A DNA stretch of 62,869 bases, counting the filler, from Chlamydiia bacterium (GTDB lineage Bacteria > Chlamydiota > Chlamydiia > Chlamydiales > FEN-1388), in assembly GCA_903848235.1 (NCBI GenBank). It is 5 parts of 5 records of this genome, joined end to end, with 100 filler letters (N's around TTAATTAATTAA, not from the genome) between each part and the next. Parts side by side here need not be neighbours in the genome. Positions count along the whole stretch, not along the records: positions 30,417 to 41,646 come from CAINFV010000171.1; positions 41,747 to 49,342 come from CAINFV010000173.1; 3 more parts are not named here. One strand, 5' to 3'. This document shows, piece after piece, positions 31,978-42,394 of the stretch. A program made the translations under genes and the position numbers. Numbering within the stretch: the stretch's first letter is position 1; every line of letters starts with the position of its first letter. The notes under the pieces were generated by a model. The model searched no databases. It was not told the DNA's origin and saw only the letters and a program-made list of their open reading frames with translations.

Positions 31978-32817
31978 ATGGTGGGTTTTGCTCTTGTGGT
32001 GCTTGCTGCACTAAGCTTTTGTTCTTCTACGGAGTGTTCGGTACTTCTGCGCAGGCAGCAGAGGACCCATCTGACCAAATTTTCGGGAAATCGGGAGTAT
32101 ATGCAGGCCTTTCCCCTCGAAAAGTATCAGATTTACACTGTTCCACGGCAGGGGAAGTTCTACATAGATACCACGTGTGATTGCATCAAGGGTGTTCTCG
32201 CTCGAGGAGAGCCTTGGGAGTCTGAAATAGATGGTGTCATCGCTCAATACACAAAGTCGAGAACGGTAGCGCTTGACATTGGGGCACATATTGGTACCCA
32301 TACCCTAGGCCTCTCCAGGGCTGTTGGGGCCGATGGGGTGGTGATTGCCTTTGAGCCAAATCCCAAAATATATCGAGAGCTGTGCATGAATTTAACGCTT
32401 AATGGATGCACGAACGTCATCCCCGTGCAGTGTGCTCTCGGTGATCACGATGGTCAGATTGGGATTTTGACCAATATCTACCAAAACGAGGGGTCATCGT
32501 ATGTTGGCGCAGGAAATCAGATCGTAGAGCTACGGAAGCTCGATGATTTTGGAATTCGAAACATTTCCTTCATAAAGATGGATGTTGAGAATTATGAAGA
32601 CATGGTTCTTATCGTAGGTAGCAGGACGATTGCGGCATCTAGACCGATTATCTTCCTTGAGATTCAGGGCAATGTTGAGCAACGCGCGGCTTTTGGTGGA
32701 GACGGAAAAATAAAGACAGCGGCAACGATTTCCTTGCTAAAGAAAATGGGGTACGATGCGGCTCGCTTTGACGGAGTTGATTATTTAGCGACACCCGTCG
32801 GGCACTCTGGTAGCTAA
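31978..32817 (+). CDS. FkbM-family methyltransferase
   Basis: LDIGAHIG, AFEP, IKMDVE. Confidence 0.9.
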   Translation: MVGFALVVLAALSFCSSTECSVLLRRQQRTHLTKFSGNREYMQAFPLEKYQIYTVPRQGKFYIDTTCDCIKGVLARGEPWESEIDGVIAQYTKSRTVALDIGAHIGTHTLGLSRAVGADGVVIAFEPNPKIYRELCMNLTLNGCTNVIPVQCALGDHDGQIGILTNIYQNEGSSYVGAGNQIVELRKLDDFGIRNISFIKMDVENYEDMVLIVGSRTIAASRPIIFLEIQGNVEQRAAFGGDGKIKTAATISLLKKMGYDAARFDGVDYLATPVGHSGS

Positions 32818-32824
32818 ATTTTTT

Positions 32825-33979
32825 ATGGGAGACTATAAATTGAGAGCCCTTCTTTGCATCTTAGGTCTATTTTTCAGCACCTTTTCGGCATATGCTGAAG
32901 AGCCCGTTAAAAAGCTGCGTTTCTTCAACCTTGATCTTCATATTTCCGTTATAGCAGATGTGCGAAACATTTTTGAGGAACAGGGACATGAAGTTGTAGA
33001 CTGGAGTATATCGGGGCATACTTGGGTATTTGGAAAGGGGAGAGCGCCTGTTGACGTCGTAAATCAAAATACCTGGATGAACTTAACTCCTGAGATGTGT
33101 GACCAGTTTTATGAGCACTACAAAGAGTATCTAAGCCAATTTGATGGATTTATTGTAACCCATACACCTGCTTTTGCACTGCTCTACGAAAAGCTCAATA
33201 AGCCTATTATTATTGTAAACTCAACACGGTACGAACAACCATTTACGCAATCTCCTGAAAAATGGAAATGGCTCAACAGCTGCCTTAAAAAGGGTGTTGA
33301 AGAGAAAAAAATATTTTTCGTTTCCAATAACAAGGGGGACCAAAAATACCTTCAGCAACAGGCGGGCATCGAGAGCGAACATATCCCTAGCCTCTGTCTC
33401 TATACTAATGCGACCTATACAGGGTCTAGAGATGGATTTATTGTCCGATGCCCATTTATGGATGCACTCAAGCGAGGTATTTCGTGCCAGAATCTTATTC
33501 AAAACGACCAGCTTCCCTCCCCGCACAGCTGGCAAGAATTGTATGCTTTTAAGGGAATTGTCCACTTTCCCTATAACATAAGTACAATGTCAGTCTTCGA
33601 GCAATACAGTGCCAACGTACCGCTTTTCTTCCCGTCAAAAGATTTTTTGCGCACGCTCTGCGCCATTTACCCTGATAATATCCTGAGCCAACTCTCTTTT
33701 TTTCAGATTTTTCATTTAAATCCTCCTAGTACACCTGAAGACCTGAATAACATCCAAGATAGAAAAAGTTTGAACTGCTGGATCGATTCTGCCGATTTTT
33801 ATGATGTTGAAAACATGCCGTATATTCAATATTTTGACTCATTTGACCACTTAGAGGAGCTGCTCCTAACAACTGACTGCAACGCCATCAGCCAAAAGAT
33901 GAGAGAGCATAATGAAAAACGCAAACAGCTCGTGGTTGAAAAATGGCAAAAGATTTTATCACAGATCGGTGCGCCGTGA
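32825..33979 (+). CDS. Glycosyltransferase-like exported hypothetical protein
   Basis: Signal peptide; GT-B-like VHFPYNISTMSVFEQYSANVPLFFPS; follows the FkbM gene. Confidence 0.55.
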   Translation: MGDYKLRALLCILGLFFSTFSAYAEEPVKKLRFFNLDLHISVIADVRNIFEEQGHEVVDWSISGHTWVFGKGRAPVDVVNQNTWMNLTPEMCDQFYEHYKEYLSQFDGFIVTHTPAFALLYEKLNKPIIIVNSTRYEQPFTQSPEKWKWLNSCLKKGVEEKKIFFVSNNKGDQKYLQQQAGIESEHIPSLCLYTNATYTGSRDGFIVRCPFMDALKRGISCQNLIQNDQLPSPHSWQELYAFKGIVHFPYNISTMSVFEQYSANVPLFFPSKDFLRTLCAIYPDNILSQLSFFQIFHLNPPSTPEDLNNIQDRKSLNCWIDSADFYDVENMPYIQYFDSFDHLEELLLTTDCNAISQKMREHNEKRKQLVVEKWQKILSQIGAP

Positions 33980-34015
33980 TTGAGGTAGCTTTTGCAAAAG
34001 CCTCTTAGAAGGTGA

Positions 34016-34178
34016 TATATCTCTTCCAATTGAAAGTTGGAGTTTTTTGCCCCGTTAAAGACTCGATCTTTGATCCATCAAAAAACATTTAATAGTACAC
34101 TATGGGGTGTTTTTTGACGGTCAAATCTCGTGTTTTTTCCGCGACAAAAAACCTCAACTTTCAATTGTCACCGGCATA
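34016..34178. repeat. Palindromic MITE, divergent subfamily (163 bp)
   Basis: TATA..CAATTGAAAGTTG / CAACTTTCAATTG..CATA arms with an inner hairpin. Confidence 0.75.
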
Positions 34179-34278
34179 TATCGATTTTTTGCTGATTTTT
34201 ATTTCGAAAATAAACATGCAATGAGCTTCTGGAGTGCTATCTGAAGTCATGTGCGCCTCTGCAATCGTGTACAGCTAC

Positions 34279-34346
34279 TTCCTGAAATTCATCTTGCCGC
34301 AGAAAGCTTCTTACCGACGATGGGCCCAAAAGTTATTCAAAGTCGA
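34279..34346 (-). repeat. Degenerate internal fragment of the 22949..23181 element
   Basis: Aligns with the reverse complement of about 22991-23057. Confidence 0.6.
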
Positions 34347-34458
34347 TACAGATTCTAAGATGTTTCCTCTCTATGTTGTTCATGGAATCCTCTTGCAAAA
34401 AGCGGTCAGGGAGAATTACAATTTTTTCTCATAATATTTTAATTGTTGAGGAACTCGT

Positions 34459-34692
34459 ATGGCTGCCCACCTTTCAGATTCTGTTCGTCACGACGTGAAC
34501 CGTATTGCGCATGAGGGCGATGTGAAACAAGGCTTTGTGTCTCCGGACGAAAGCGGAGAAGGGAGAATCGACGACAGACGAGTCTCTCTCCTCAAAGACA
34601 TTGCTTTGCCCATCGCGGTGCAAGTGGTCGCTGTTGTTTTTGAGATGTATCTGCTCGATAAATTTTTTTTTGTTGCGAATAATAAATCGTAA
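34459..34692 (+). CDS. Small hypothetical protein with C-terminal hydrophobic helix
   Basis: GAGGA RBS; 77 aa. Confidence 0.5.
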   Translation: MAAHLSDSVRHDVNRIAHEGDVKQGFVSPDESGEGRIDDRRVSLLKDIALPIAVQVVAVVFEMYLLDKFFFVANNKS

Positions 34693-34757
34693 ACTCGCCT
34701 TGACGCTTACATAAAAACCGACAACCCGTATGCTGTGGCGAAAAGGCGATTTTTCAT

Positions 34758-36506
34758 ATGGCAAACGCAGAGCAACATGAACGAGGCATTATGTCGACAC
34801 GGCCAGTACTTGAATCCAACCCCTTGGTGGTTCTTGATGAAGTGAGCAAAAGGCTTGAGATAGATACCTTGGATACGCTTGATCTCTGCCTCCTCGACAA
34901 ATGCCCCTTCAAAGCTGACAACCCAGGGAAATGGCCATCCTGGGAGGATCTAGATATAAGCTCCTACAGGCAAGGCAATCCCTCCGATAGGGGAGGTGTG
35001 ATAAAAGCCATACATGATCTGTGTTCGAAGGTTGACCTGATGCTAGATCGTCCTGCATGCCAAAAAGCATTAGGGGCTGAAGCGGTAGACCGCCATCGTG
35101 CAGGAGTAGTCTTAGTAAGGAAGAAATTGGCTTTGTTGGAGGATGTCCTCTCTCCGACCGATCCATGGCCTCTGCTGACCGCCCTTGATGAGACGGACAA
35201 AAGATTTACGCGTATCGATCTGAATAACCCCGAGGTTAGCATCCTTGATGCGTTTGTGTTCCGCTCTGGCACGCCCGGGCTTTTTACAACATGGACAGCC
35301 TTAGATATGACGTCTGTTGAGGCTGGCGCCCCCTCCAACAGAGGGGCTGTGATAACGGCTCTACGCGACCTTCTTTCTAAAAGCGATCAGATGTTGGCTC
35401 GTCCGGCCTGTCAGAGGGCATTAGGGAGTACAACTCTAGAGAAATATCAATCTATCATGATCGCCATCAGCGAAAAATTGGCTTTGTTGGCAGACACACT
35501 GTCACCGCCTAATCTTCAGCCCCTGTTGTCTATGCTCGATGAGGTAGGGCGAAGATTCGAAAATATTGCCTTAGAAGTACCAGATCTGAGCATTCTTGAC
35601 TCCTTTGCCTTTCACCCGGGCAAACCTGGGCTGTTTACGGTATGGACAGACCTGGATGTAGCGAACGGCAGAATGGGTAGTCCTAATAACAGGGGCGCGG
35701 TGATCATGGCTGTCGACGATCTATTGCGCAAATTCGATCGTATGCTGGCTCGTCCAGTGTGCCAAAAAACGCTGGAGATGACAGCGATACAAAAATATCG
35801 CTCCCTGAGAAATACTGTTGGAGAAAAATTAAACCTATTAAAAAATTCGATTGAGCCTACACATCCCATTCTCCCACAGACCGTCTCTTCTGCAGCAGTA
35901 CCTTTTCTCATTGCGTCCCCTTCCCCCAAGGCGCATGCCGAACTTTCTCTGGAGCAAGAGAAGATAGATGTCGTCAAAAGAAGGATTGGGGATCAGATTC
36001 CAATCGTGCGCCCCGCACTTTTTTCTCGAGCAGCTTGGCTAGAGGCTGGGGCGGTGGCTGGAAGCTCGATGATGGCGGCCATTCTCTTTTCGGTAGTTTT
36101 CCATTCTTTTGTCAGAGCTATTCCAATTGTTGGAGTGATGGCATTTGTATTCTCATTTATACGCAGGAAGGGCCTCGTTACTGCTACAGAAAAAAGATGT
36201 GTGCTAGCTGAGGATCTCTATAAGAAAGCGATTACAAACAATGATATCCTGAATGTTTTCCCACTGCTGACAAGATACGCTCAGGCACAATTTCTTGTTG
36301 GGCTGGATTCGAAATTTCGAGAGAACATTGCAGAAAGGTATGCGAGTCTGAAACATATGTGCACACGCATCGATGCCTTTCTCTTAAGTTGTCCAGAGAG
36401 TCTTGATCGAGTAAATGCCCTGACCCGCTTTCCTAAGGAAGGCCTCGGAGAACAAGTTGTCTATGTGCTGACAGAGAAAGAGGTTGGCAGGAATATTCAA
36501 GGGTAA
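34758..36506 (+). CDS. Hypothetical protein with three ~117-aa repeats and an Inc-like hydrophobic hairpin
   Basis: Repeats begin 34821, 35169 and 35520; bilobed hydrophobic stretch about 36033-36161. Confidence 0.8.
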   Translation: MANAEQHERGIMSTRPVLESNPLVVLDEVSKRLEIDTLDTLDLCLLDKCPFKADNPGKWPSWEDLDISSYRQGNPSDRGGVIKAIHDLCSKVDLMLDRPACQKALGAEAVDRHRAGVVLVRKKLALLEDVLSPTDPWPLLTALDETDKRFTRIDLNNPEVSILDAFVFRSGTPGLFTTWTALDMTSVEAGAPSNRGAVITALRDLLSKSDQMLARPACQRALGSTTLEKYQSIMIAISEKLALLADTLSPPNLQPLLSMLDEVGRRFENIALEVPDLSILDSFAFHPGKPGLFTVWTDLDVANGRMGSPNNRGAVIMAVDDLLRKFDRMLARPVCQKTLEMTAIQKYRSLRNTVGEKLNLLKNSIEPTHPILPQTVSSAAVPFLIASPSPKAHAELSLEQEKIDVVKRRIGDQIPIVRPALFSRAAWLEAGAVAGSSMMAAILFSVVFHSFVRAIPIVGVMAFVFSFIRRKGLVTATEKRCVLAEDLYKKAITNNDILNVFPLLTRYAQAQFLVGLDSKFRENIAERYASLKHMCTRIDAFLLSCPESLDRVNALTRFPKEGLGEQVVYVLTEKEVGRNIQG

Positions 36507-36639
36507 AAATGTTCGAGCCGGACGCCGTTTCGGAACGTGTAATCACGTCTTAGTTGAAAAAAAAGGCCTTACACTGGACTTTAGTATTTTTTTGGCCCGA
36601 TTTCGCATTCGTTCTCTTTCAGACTTTTTGCATGTATCA

Positions 36640-36659
36640 TATACCTCTTCTTGTTCAAG
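36640..36659. repeat. Solo family A TIR
   Basis: TATACCTCTTCTTGTTCAAG. Confidence 0.7.
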
Positions 36660-37126
36660 GCATACTGCCAGAGGTGACGTAGAATCACCATCGTTATGCT
36701 TATTGAAAGAACTATCCAGATCGTGTTGCAAAACCAGCAACTCCAGCAACTACACATAATCAGCCTCAAGAAATGTTCTCATAAGTATTGCACACGCATT
36801 ATTTGGCGGCAAGGGGCATTGGAGGCCATTGGGCTGAGGCCGCTGAGCAAAAAAAGCCTTAGAATATGCTAGAAAGAATATAGAAGCGTGTTTTCCTCTG
36901 CCGTCTGAAAAAAGAGATGCGGAACATGAGGTAAGGATGGAAGAGGCTGTCATCGAACGGTCTGCCCAGCGGACATCGGTTATTTTTGATCTGTGTTGCA
37001 TTGTGGTCAGATTCTAAAAATCTTTTAGCCTAGAAACGAATATCGTCTGGCGTGATGAAACGACGAAATGAGGCTGTTTAAAATGAGTTCGAAATATTCT
37101 ACGATCCACGGTACAATAGCTGCCGT

Positions 37127-38110
37127 ATGGATGAATCTACGCTCTTTCTCCCAGCCATAGCAGATAGTGAAGATAAAAGCTGCCCCCTGAAAAATCGCAT
37201 TCGAAAAAACTATCGTCATGTCCGCAAATGGGCTAAAAGGACACACACTGATTGTTTTCGAGTGTATGATCGCGATATCAAAGAATATCCTCTGGCTATC
37301 GATTTTTACGCTGGCCGGTTTAGCGTTCAATACTTCTCATACAATCGCGAAGACGACAATCCTCCTTCTGACCTCGAAAACGAGGTTCTCCAAGCCCTCT
37401 ATTCTATTTTTGCCATTGATTCCGATGTGATCTATTGGCGTACTCGTGTGCGACGTACGAAAATGCAGCAGTATGAAAAACTCAACGAAGAGAAGCAGTT
37501 TTTTATCGTTCATGAATATGGAGTGAAGCTGAAAGTTAATCTGCACGATTATTTAGATACGGGGCTCTTTCTCGACCATAGAGAAACGCGGCTGAAAGTC
37601 GCTTCCCTCGCTCGTGGAAAAAGTGTTTTAAATCTTTTCGCCTATACCTGTGCTTTTAGCGTGCAAGCAGCCTACGCTGGAGCGGCGTACACGAAGAGTG
37701 TTGATTTATCCAACACCTATACGGAGTGGGGGAGGGAGAACTTTCTTCTGAATTCACTCTCACTTGACAACAACGAAGTGGTGCGAGAGGACTGCCTGAA
37801 GTTCCTGGACAGGGAAATAGCGTCGAGAAGGAAGTATGACATCATCGTCATAGACCCTCCAACGATATCCCGCTCGAAGAAAATGGATCAGATGTTCGAC
37901 ATTCAGCAGGACTACGTTTTCTTGCTGTCGAAAGCACTCCGCCTTCTTGTAAAGGGAGGAACGATATTTTTTAGTACGAACTCTCGTCGATTTTCGTTCG
38001 ACCAAAGTCTTTTTGAATCCTGTTCCATACAAGACATATCAAAAAAAACAATTCCCATCGATTTTCACAATCAGAAGATCCATCGCTGCTGGCAAATTTC
38101 AGCCACTTAG
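37127..38110 (+). CDS. 23S rRNA methyltransferase, stand-alone RlmK-like (RlmI/K family)
   Basis: YLDTGLFLDHR, LNLFAYT, VDLSNTY, IDPPT, FSTN. Confidence 0.88.
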   Translation: MDESTLFLPAIADSEDKSCPLKNRIRKNYRHVRKWAKRTHTDCFRVYDRDIKEYPLAIDFYAGRFSVQYFSYNREDDNPPSDLENEVLQALYSIFAIDSDVIYWRTRVRRTKMQQYEKLNEEKQFFIVHEYGVKLKVNLHDYLDTGLFLDHRETRLKVASLARGKSVLNLFAYTCAFSVQAAYAGAAYTKSVDLSNTYTEWGRENFLLNSLSLDNNEVVREDCLKFLDREIASRRKYDIIVIDPPTISRSKKMDQMFDIQQDYVFLLSKALRLLVKGGTIFFSTNSRRFSFDQSLFESCSIQDISKKTIPIDFHNQKIHRCWQISAT

Positions 38111-38151
38111 GAGTCTAGATTATTTAAACATGACTCCTTAGCTCGGCTTCC

Positions 38152-38982
38152 TTATCCCGTAGTTCTTTCAAAGAAGAATTTTTTGTCTCTTACAACAAGA
38201 ATGGCGGCAACGATGAGCATGAGGATGGTGGCGATGCATTTGGTAAAAGGCTCTGTTCGAAAGATGACATAGAAAATATCGAGCATGAAGTGAAATATAA
38301 TTGCGGAAGCAATGCTGCGGCTGTTTTTGAAATAAATCCAGTTCATCAAAATCGAGGCTGCTTGGATGCTAACGAAGAAATTGATGACATAGAGGAAATT
38401 CGTCTCCCACAATACATGGTGATAGTAGCCATTGATGAAAAATAATGGCAGATGCCACATCGCCCAGAGAAAACCAAACAGCAGCGAAGTCCTAAAGAGA
38501 TTGAAATAGGACCTGAGGCTATCCACACCATACCCACGCCAACCCAGCTCTTCAAATATTGGGGCGAGGGAGAGGATGAACAGGCTGATCACAGCATGAT
38601 CTTTGAGGACTTTGTACTCCTCTGACAAGCAAAATTGAGCGGGCGACAGCCCGAAGAATAGTGAAAGTGCTGTTGCGAGAAGTATGATGACTGGCACGAT
38701 CAAGAATAAGAAGGGGAGGAAACGGGGTTTGATTATAATCAAACGCAATCTGTCCCAGAAATCTTTCCGTAACTCTTTGTTATCGGGGCCTGAAAGCATG
38801 ATCAAAGCTGCGACACTTGGGCCAAACAGACCGGGGATTATGAGGAGCATTTGATACTTGTCCATCCCTTCCTGATAGCTGAAATAGGCTGCGAGGAACC
38901 AGGAAATCCATGAGATAAGAAAGGTGATGAGAAAAAAACGAATTGGCCTATACGCGTGTATTGATTGCGTAGCTGTCCTCAT
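38152..38982 (-). CDS. CPBP/Abi (CAAX) intramembrane protease
   Basis: EELGWRGY, WAMWHLP, IIFH; multiple TM helices. Confidence 0.9.
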   Translation of the reverse strand: MRTATQSIHAYRPIRFFLITFLISWISWFLAAYFSYQEGMDKYQMLLIIPGLFGPSVAALIMLSGPDNKELRKDFWDRLRLIIIKPRFLPFLFLIVPVIILLATALSLFFGLSPAQFCLSEEYKVLKDHAVISLFILSLAPIFEELGWRGYGVDSLRSYFNLFRTSLLFGFLWAMWHLPLFFINGYYHHVLWETNFLYVINFFVSIQAASILMNWIYFKNSRSIASAIIFHFMLDIFYVIFRTEPFTKCIATILMLIVAAILVVRDKKFFFERTTG

Positions 38983-38998
38983 GCGTTCCTCAGTGAAT

Positions 38999-39739
38999 CT
39001 AGATTTCAATGTCGATTTGGAGGGCCCATCTCCATTTTCCGTAGGTGGCCCAATCAATGAACCAAATGGGGCCTGTCTGGAGGCAGATCCGTTTTGTGAA
39101 ATAATATTTAATGGAAAACCCTCCGCCTCCAATCGAGTTTTTTCCAGAAGCGTAATCGGCCATGAAGAGCCATTTGTCATATTTCTTCCCATGAGAATCT
39201 GTAGCTTCGCGGAGGGTGCGCGAATATCCAATCATCACCCCTTTTCGATTTTTGCCCATCGCGGAACTTCCGGAAAAAAAACCAAGTGTGAGCACTCCTC
39301 CAATCTTCTGAGGAAGCGACATGCCGAAAAGGAAATCGACGATGTTTTCGTTTGTACGACGCAAGCCGCTCGTTCGCGTTCCCACATTAAAGATACCCAC
39401 ATTCACGGCAGGCGCATTTTCAAAAAGAACCCCTTCGCCAAAGCCTATTTTTCCGTTAAATAGAAAAGGATATGACTCTCCTGTGAGATAGTCGGCACCA
39501 ACTTCCCCTTGCAGGCCATTCCAGGAAAAGGCCCCTACCGTGCATCCAAAGTCTTGGATCAAAGTGCGCCCTTTTTTTGGGGAATGGCATGTACGAAGGA
39601 AGGCGTCATAGGTTAGAAGTGCTGTCTCCATTTCTTGGATATCGGTGTTGCAGTTCGTCCAAAAAAGGGAAGTGGGGGTTGCTTCAAGAAGGAAAAAGGA
39701 AGACAGTGCCCAAAGAATTAGGGAGAAAAATCGTTTCAT
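38999..39739 (-). CDS. Hypothetical exported, probable outer-membrane beta-barrel protein
   Basis: Signal peptide, TPTSLFWT, Gly/aromatic-rich strands, C-terminal WALQIDIEI. Confidence 0.6.
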   Translation of the reverse strand: MKRFFSLILWALSSFFLLEATPTSLFWTNCNTDIQEMETALLTYDAFLRTCHSPKKGRTLIQDFGCTVGAFSWNGLQGEVGADYLTGESYPFLFNGKIGFGEGVLFENAPAVNVGIFNVGTRTSGLRRTNENIVDFLFGMSLPQKIGGVLTLGFFSGSSAMGKNRKGVMIGYSRTLREATDSHGKKYDKWLFMADYASGKNSIGGGGFSIKYYFTKRICLQTGPIWFIDWATYGKWRWALQIDIEI

Positions 39740-39937
39740 TGTCTCTCCATGAGTAAAGCATATTTCTTTACGCCTCGACGAAATTTTGATAAAGCCTGTT
39801 TTGCCTTTGATAGAGTTTTCAGTGCGCGACAAGCCAATGCTTCAATGTGTTTGGGTGTATCAAGAAAATAATCTATTTCGGTAGGGTGTGGGTAGTGGGG
39901 CCTTAGTCTGGCAACCATTACAGAAAGGAGATATCCT

Positions 39938-41191
39938 ATGTTCGTCACCTTCGTTAGCCTGATTATGGCTGTAGCGTTAGTCGTTGGTATGGATCTGGTG
40001 CCAGGGGTTGAGAGCATGATGGTGATTTCAAAGGATTACTTTGAATTGTATTTCGGGGTCTGTTTTTCTCTCTCATTACTTCCATGGATGTGCATGCTCT
40101 TTCTATCCCAAGGAGCAGAAACACAGCCAATTACGATAGCGGCGCTCCGGTCAAACCTCGACGACCGGAAGCTGTATGTCTACGCAGTGAGTATCGTAGT
40201 AGTATCCCTCATCGGCATGATCATCGTATTGCAGCCACTGTATCCAGAGAGCTGGTCTTTTGTCGGTTCGGTTCTCTGTGCTGGAATCCTTGTTGACCTC
40301 TTTCGAATGTCGTATTGCCGTGTGCAATTTCGGCGAACACCAGAGGGGCTTGTAGAGTGGTTTATCGAAGTGATGAGAAAATCTGTGAAGAATGGGGATG
40401 AAAAGTGGCATACCATATCCCTGGAAATTCCCTTTGGATTGATGGTATTTTATATGAAAAGTGGAGCCTACGGCTCTCTTCGTCTCTTTTGCCACGGTAT
40501 TGTTGAAATATCCGACTTGTGGCTAGGATCGATAGCCCGTCTTATCATGTTCCAACTTCCCGGTCAGTACGAGGAAAGTCTGTTGGACCGGTATTCGCAG
40601 GCTGAGGTGTCGACAGCCAAACGCTTTTCGTGGATTATCCAGGAGGCGTGTGCCTTAGGGAGCCTTACTGCTGTTGAAGAAGCAACGCGACTGGCTGGTA
40701 AGCTATTTATCACGTTTCACAACCATCACGAATCGCTCGGCTACATGTTGTTAGGAACACTGTCGCAGGCATCACAGAAAGACTGCGGAAGAGTGAGCCG
40801 TAGAGATCTTGATATGGAAGTGGTGTCGGCGTTTTCTGAAGTGATTAAATCATTAATCGAACAAAGCGTTCGTCGAAATGCGCCTGAAACTACCGCGATC
40901 CTGAATGTGTTGGCGATCCTTGAGAATACATTGAAAGAGATTTCACGACGCGACAAAACGATACCGAACGCGCTGCTACTCCACCCCTTGGCGAGAATCA
41001 GTCAGATGCTCGAATATCATCGGTATCGCTCTTTCCCAGGCCGTGAAGAAGTTGAAGCAGATCTCCGGCGTATTGTGGCTCATTTCTTAGTGTTGGAGGG
41101 AGTCTCTGGCCGCCTAGTAGAGGGTGCGGGGGCAATGGATAGTGAGACTTCTTTCAACGAAGGCTCGCCCTTTAAACCGAAGATTCACTAA
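39938..41191 (+). CDS. Hypothetical membrane protein (N-terminal TM helices, helical C-terminus)
   Basis: AAGGAG RBS; hydrophobic N-terminus. Confidence 0.75.
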   Translation: MFVTFVSLIMAVALVVGMDLVPGVESMMVISKDYFELYFGVCFSLSLLPWMCMLFLSQGAETQPITIAALRSNLDDRKLYVYAVSIVVVSLIGMIIVLQPLYPESWSFVGSVLCAGILVDLFRMSYCRVQFRRTPEGLVEWFIEVMRKSVKNGDEKWHTISLEIPFGLMVFYMKSGAYGSLRLFCHGIVEISDLWLGSIARLIMFQLPGQYEESLLDRYSQAEVSTAKRFSWIIQEACALGSLTAVEEATRLAGKLFITFHNHHESLGYMLLGTLSQASQKDCGRVSRRDLDMEVVSAFSEVIKSLIEQSVRRNAPETTAILNVLAILENTLKEISRRDKTIPNALLLHPLARISQMLEYHRYRSFPGREEVEADLRRIVAHFLVLEGVSGRLVEGAGAMDSETSFNEGSPFKPKIH

Positions 41192-41260
41192 CCTATAAAA
41201 CGAGAATTGCTCCTTGTGTCGTATCACGGAGGACTGCTCGAACTGAAGAGGGACTGCGCA

Positions 41261-41646
41261 ATGGAATCTTCCTTGAATGTCACAGAGCAAGATCGTGAAT
41301 ATATGCGTGAAGCATTTCGGTATATGCGTCAGGCAGGGCTTATCGACAAGACGGGCGGCCCTTTTGGTGCAGTGATCGTTCAAGATGGCAAGGTCATCGG
41401 TGCTGGCGGCAACACGGTGATCAGGGATTCTGACCCTACCGCTCATGCCGAAATCAACGCGATTCGTGCCGCATGCCGCACATTGCATACCGTGAACCTC
41501 GCTAGAGCTGTTCTCTATACCAGTTGTGAATGCTGTCCTATGTGCTACGCTGCCGCATATTGGGCACGCATAACCAAGATCTTCTATGGGGCATCGTGGA
41601 CTGACTACAACGATATCTTCGATGATTCGCAAATCTGCCAGGATAG
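41261..41646 (+). CDS. Nucleoside/guanine deaminase, 3'-truncated
   Basis: GGPFGAVIV, DPTAHAE, CECCPMC. Confidence 0.9.
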
Positions 41647-41746
41647 NNNNNNNNNNNNNNNNNNNNNNNNNNNNNNNNNNNNNNNNNNNNTTAATTAATT
41701 AANNNNNNNNNNNNNNNNNNNNNNNNNNNNNNNNNNNNNNNNNNNN
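41647..41746. other. Artificial contig linker
   Basis: N44-TTAATTAATTAA-N44. Confidence 0.98.
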
Positions 41747-41984
41747 AGCCAAATCTTCTTTCTGATCATGGATTGAAAATCGGGCATACGCCATTGTAGG
41801 TAGATCTTCAAACCGACTGGAAGAACGTTTTCGAGAATGTAGAGATGATACGGCGTACCGACGCCGGCCTCCGGGCGTCCTTTGAGAGGGAGCCAACATT
41901 CCTTGACACCCCCAACGACGGAGCGTTTGAGGTGAGACTTAAAAAAAAGTCGGGGGCTTTTCCGATGCCTAAAAACTTAGTCAT
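41747..41984 (-). pseudogene. tnpA: IS607-family serine transposase TnpA, frameshifted and truncated by gap
   Basis: MTKFLGIGKA..|VSPQTLRRW..RTPGGRRRY..AYARFS..QKEDL, with a frameshift at the T8 run. Confidence 0.85.
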
Positions 41985-42033
41985 ACTGACCAAATATGAT
42001 CAGGTATGATTAACTACAGAAGAAACTGTTAAG

Positions 42034-42141
42034 GCCCCAACTCTCACCCTTTCTAATCAGGCTATTGCCCATTATGAATCGGAGACTGGCGCCCAGTTTT
42101 CTAACGTAGGACCAACGCTTTCAATCATAAAAATCCAATAA
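42034..42141 (+). pseudogene. Orphan 3' gene fragment abutting the IS607 end
   Basis: Open frame APTLTL...LSIIKIQ* begins at the GG junction and is followed by a hairpin. Confidence 0.45.
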
Positions 42142-42170
42142 CCCAACCAGAAAATCATACGTCGGGTATG

Positions 42171-42194
42171 CAGGAGGCCTTGAAGGGCCTCCTG
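42171..42194 (+). terminator. Terminator-like hairpin
   Basis: CAGGAGGCC...GGCCTCCTG. Confidence 0.5.
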
Positions 42195-42394
42195 TTGCCA
42201 TCTATTTCCCCCCTAAAAAATCAATATCACGTGAAATTTACTCAATCGATGTTTGACAGATTTAGCCAATAGGTGGGAAAGTCTCCGTCCGTCCCTTGTT
42301 TTTTTCCAAGTTGTCGGCTGCTTTATTGTTGCCTGAGCAACATGTAGAATTGACACCTTGGCTCAGTAATAAACCCCAACGGTGGAGGTATGGT

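Noticed and set aside
36507..37126. 600-bp intergenic stretch with short ORFs
   Set aside because: No recognisable motif or structure beyond a solo MITE arm; likely decayed sequence.
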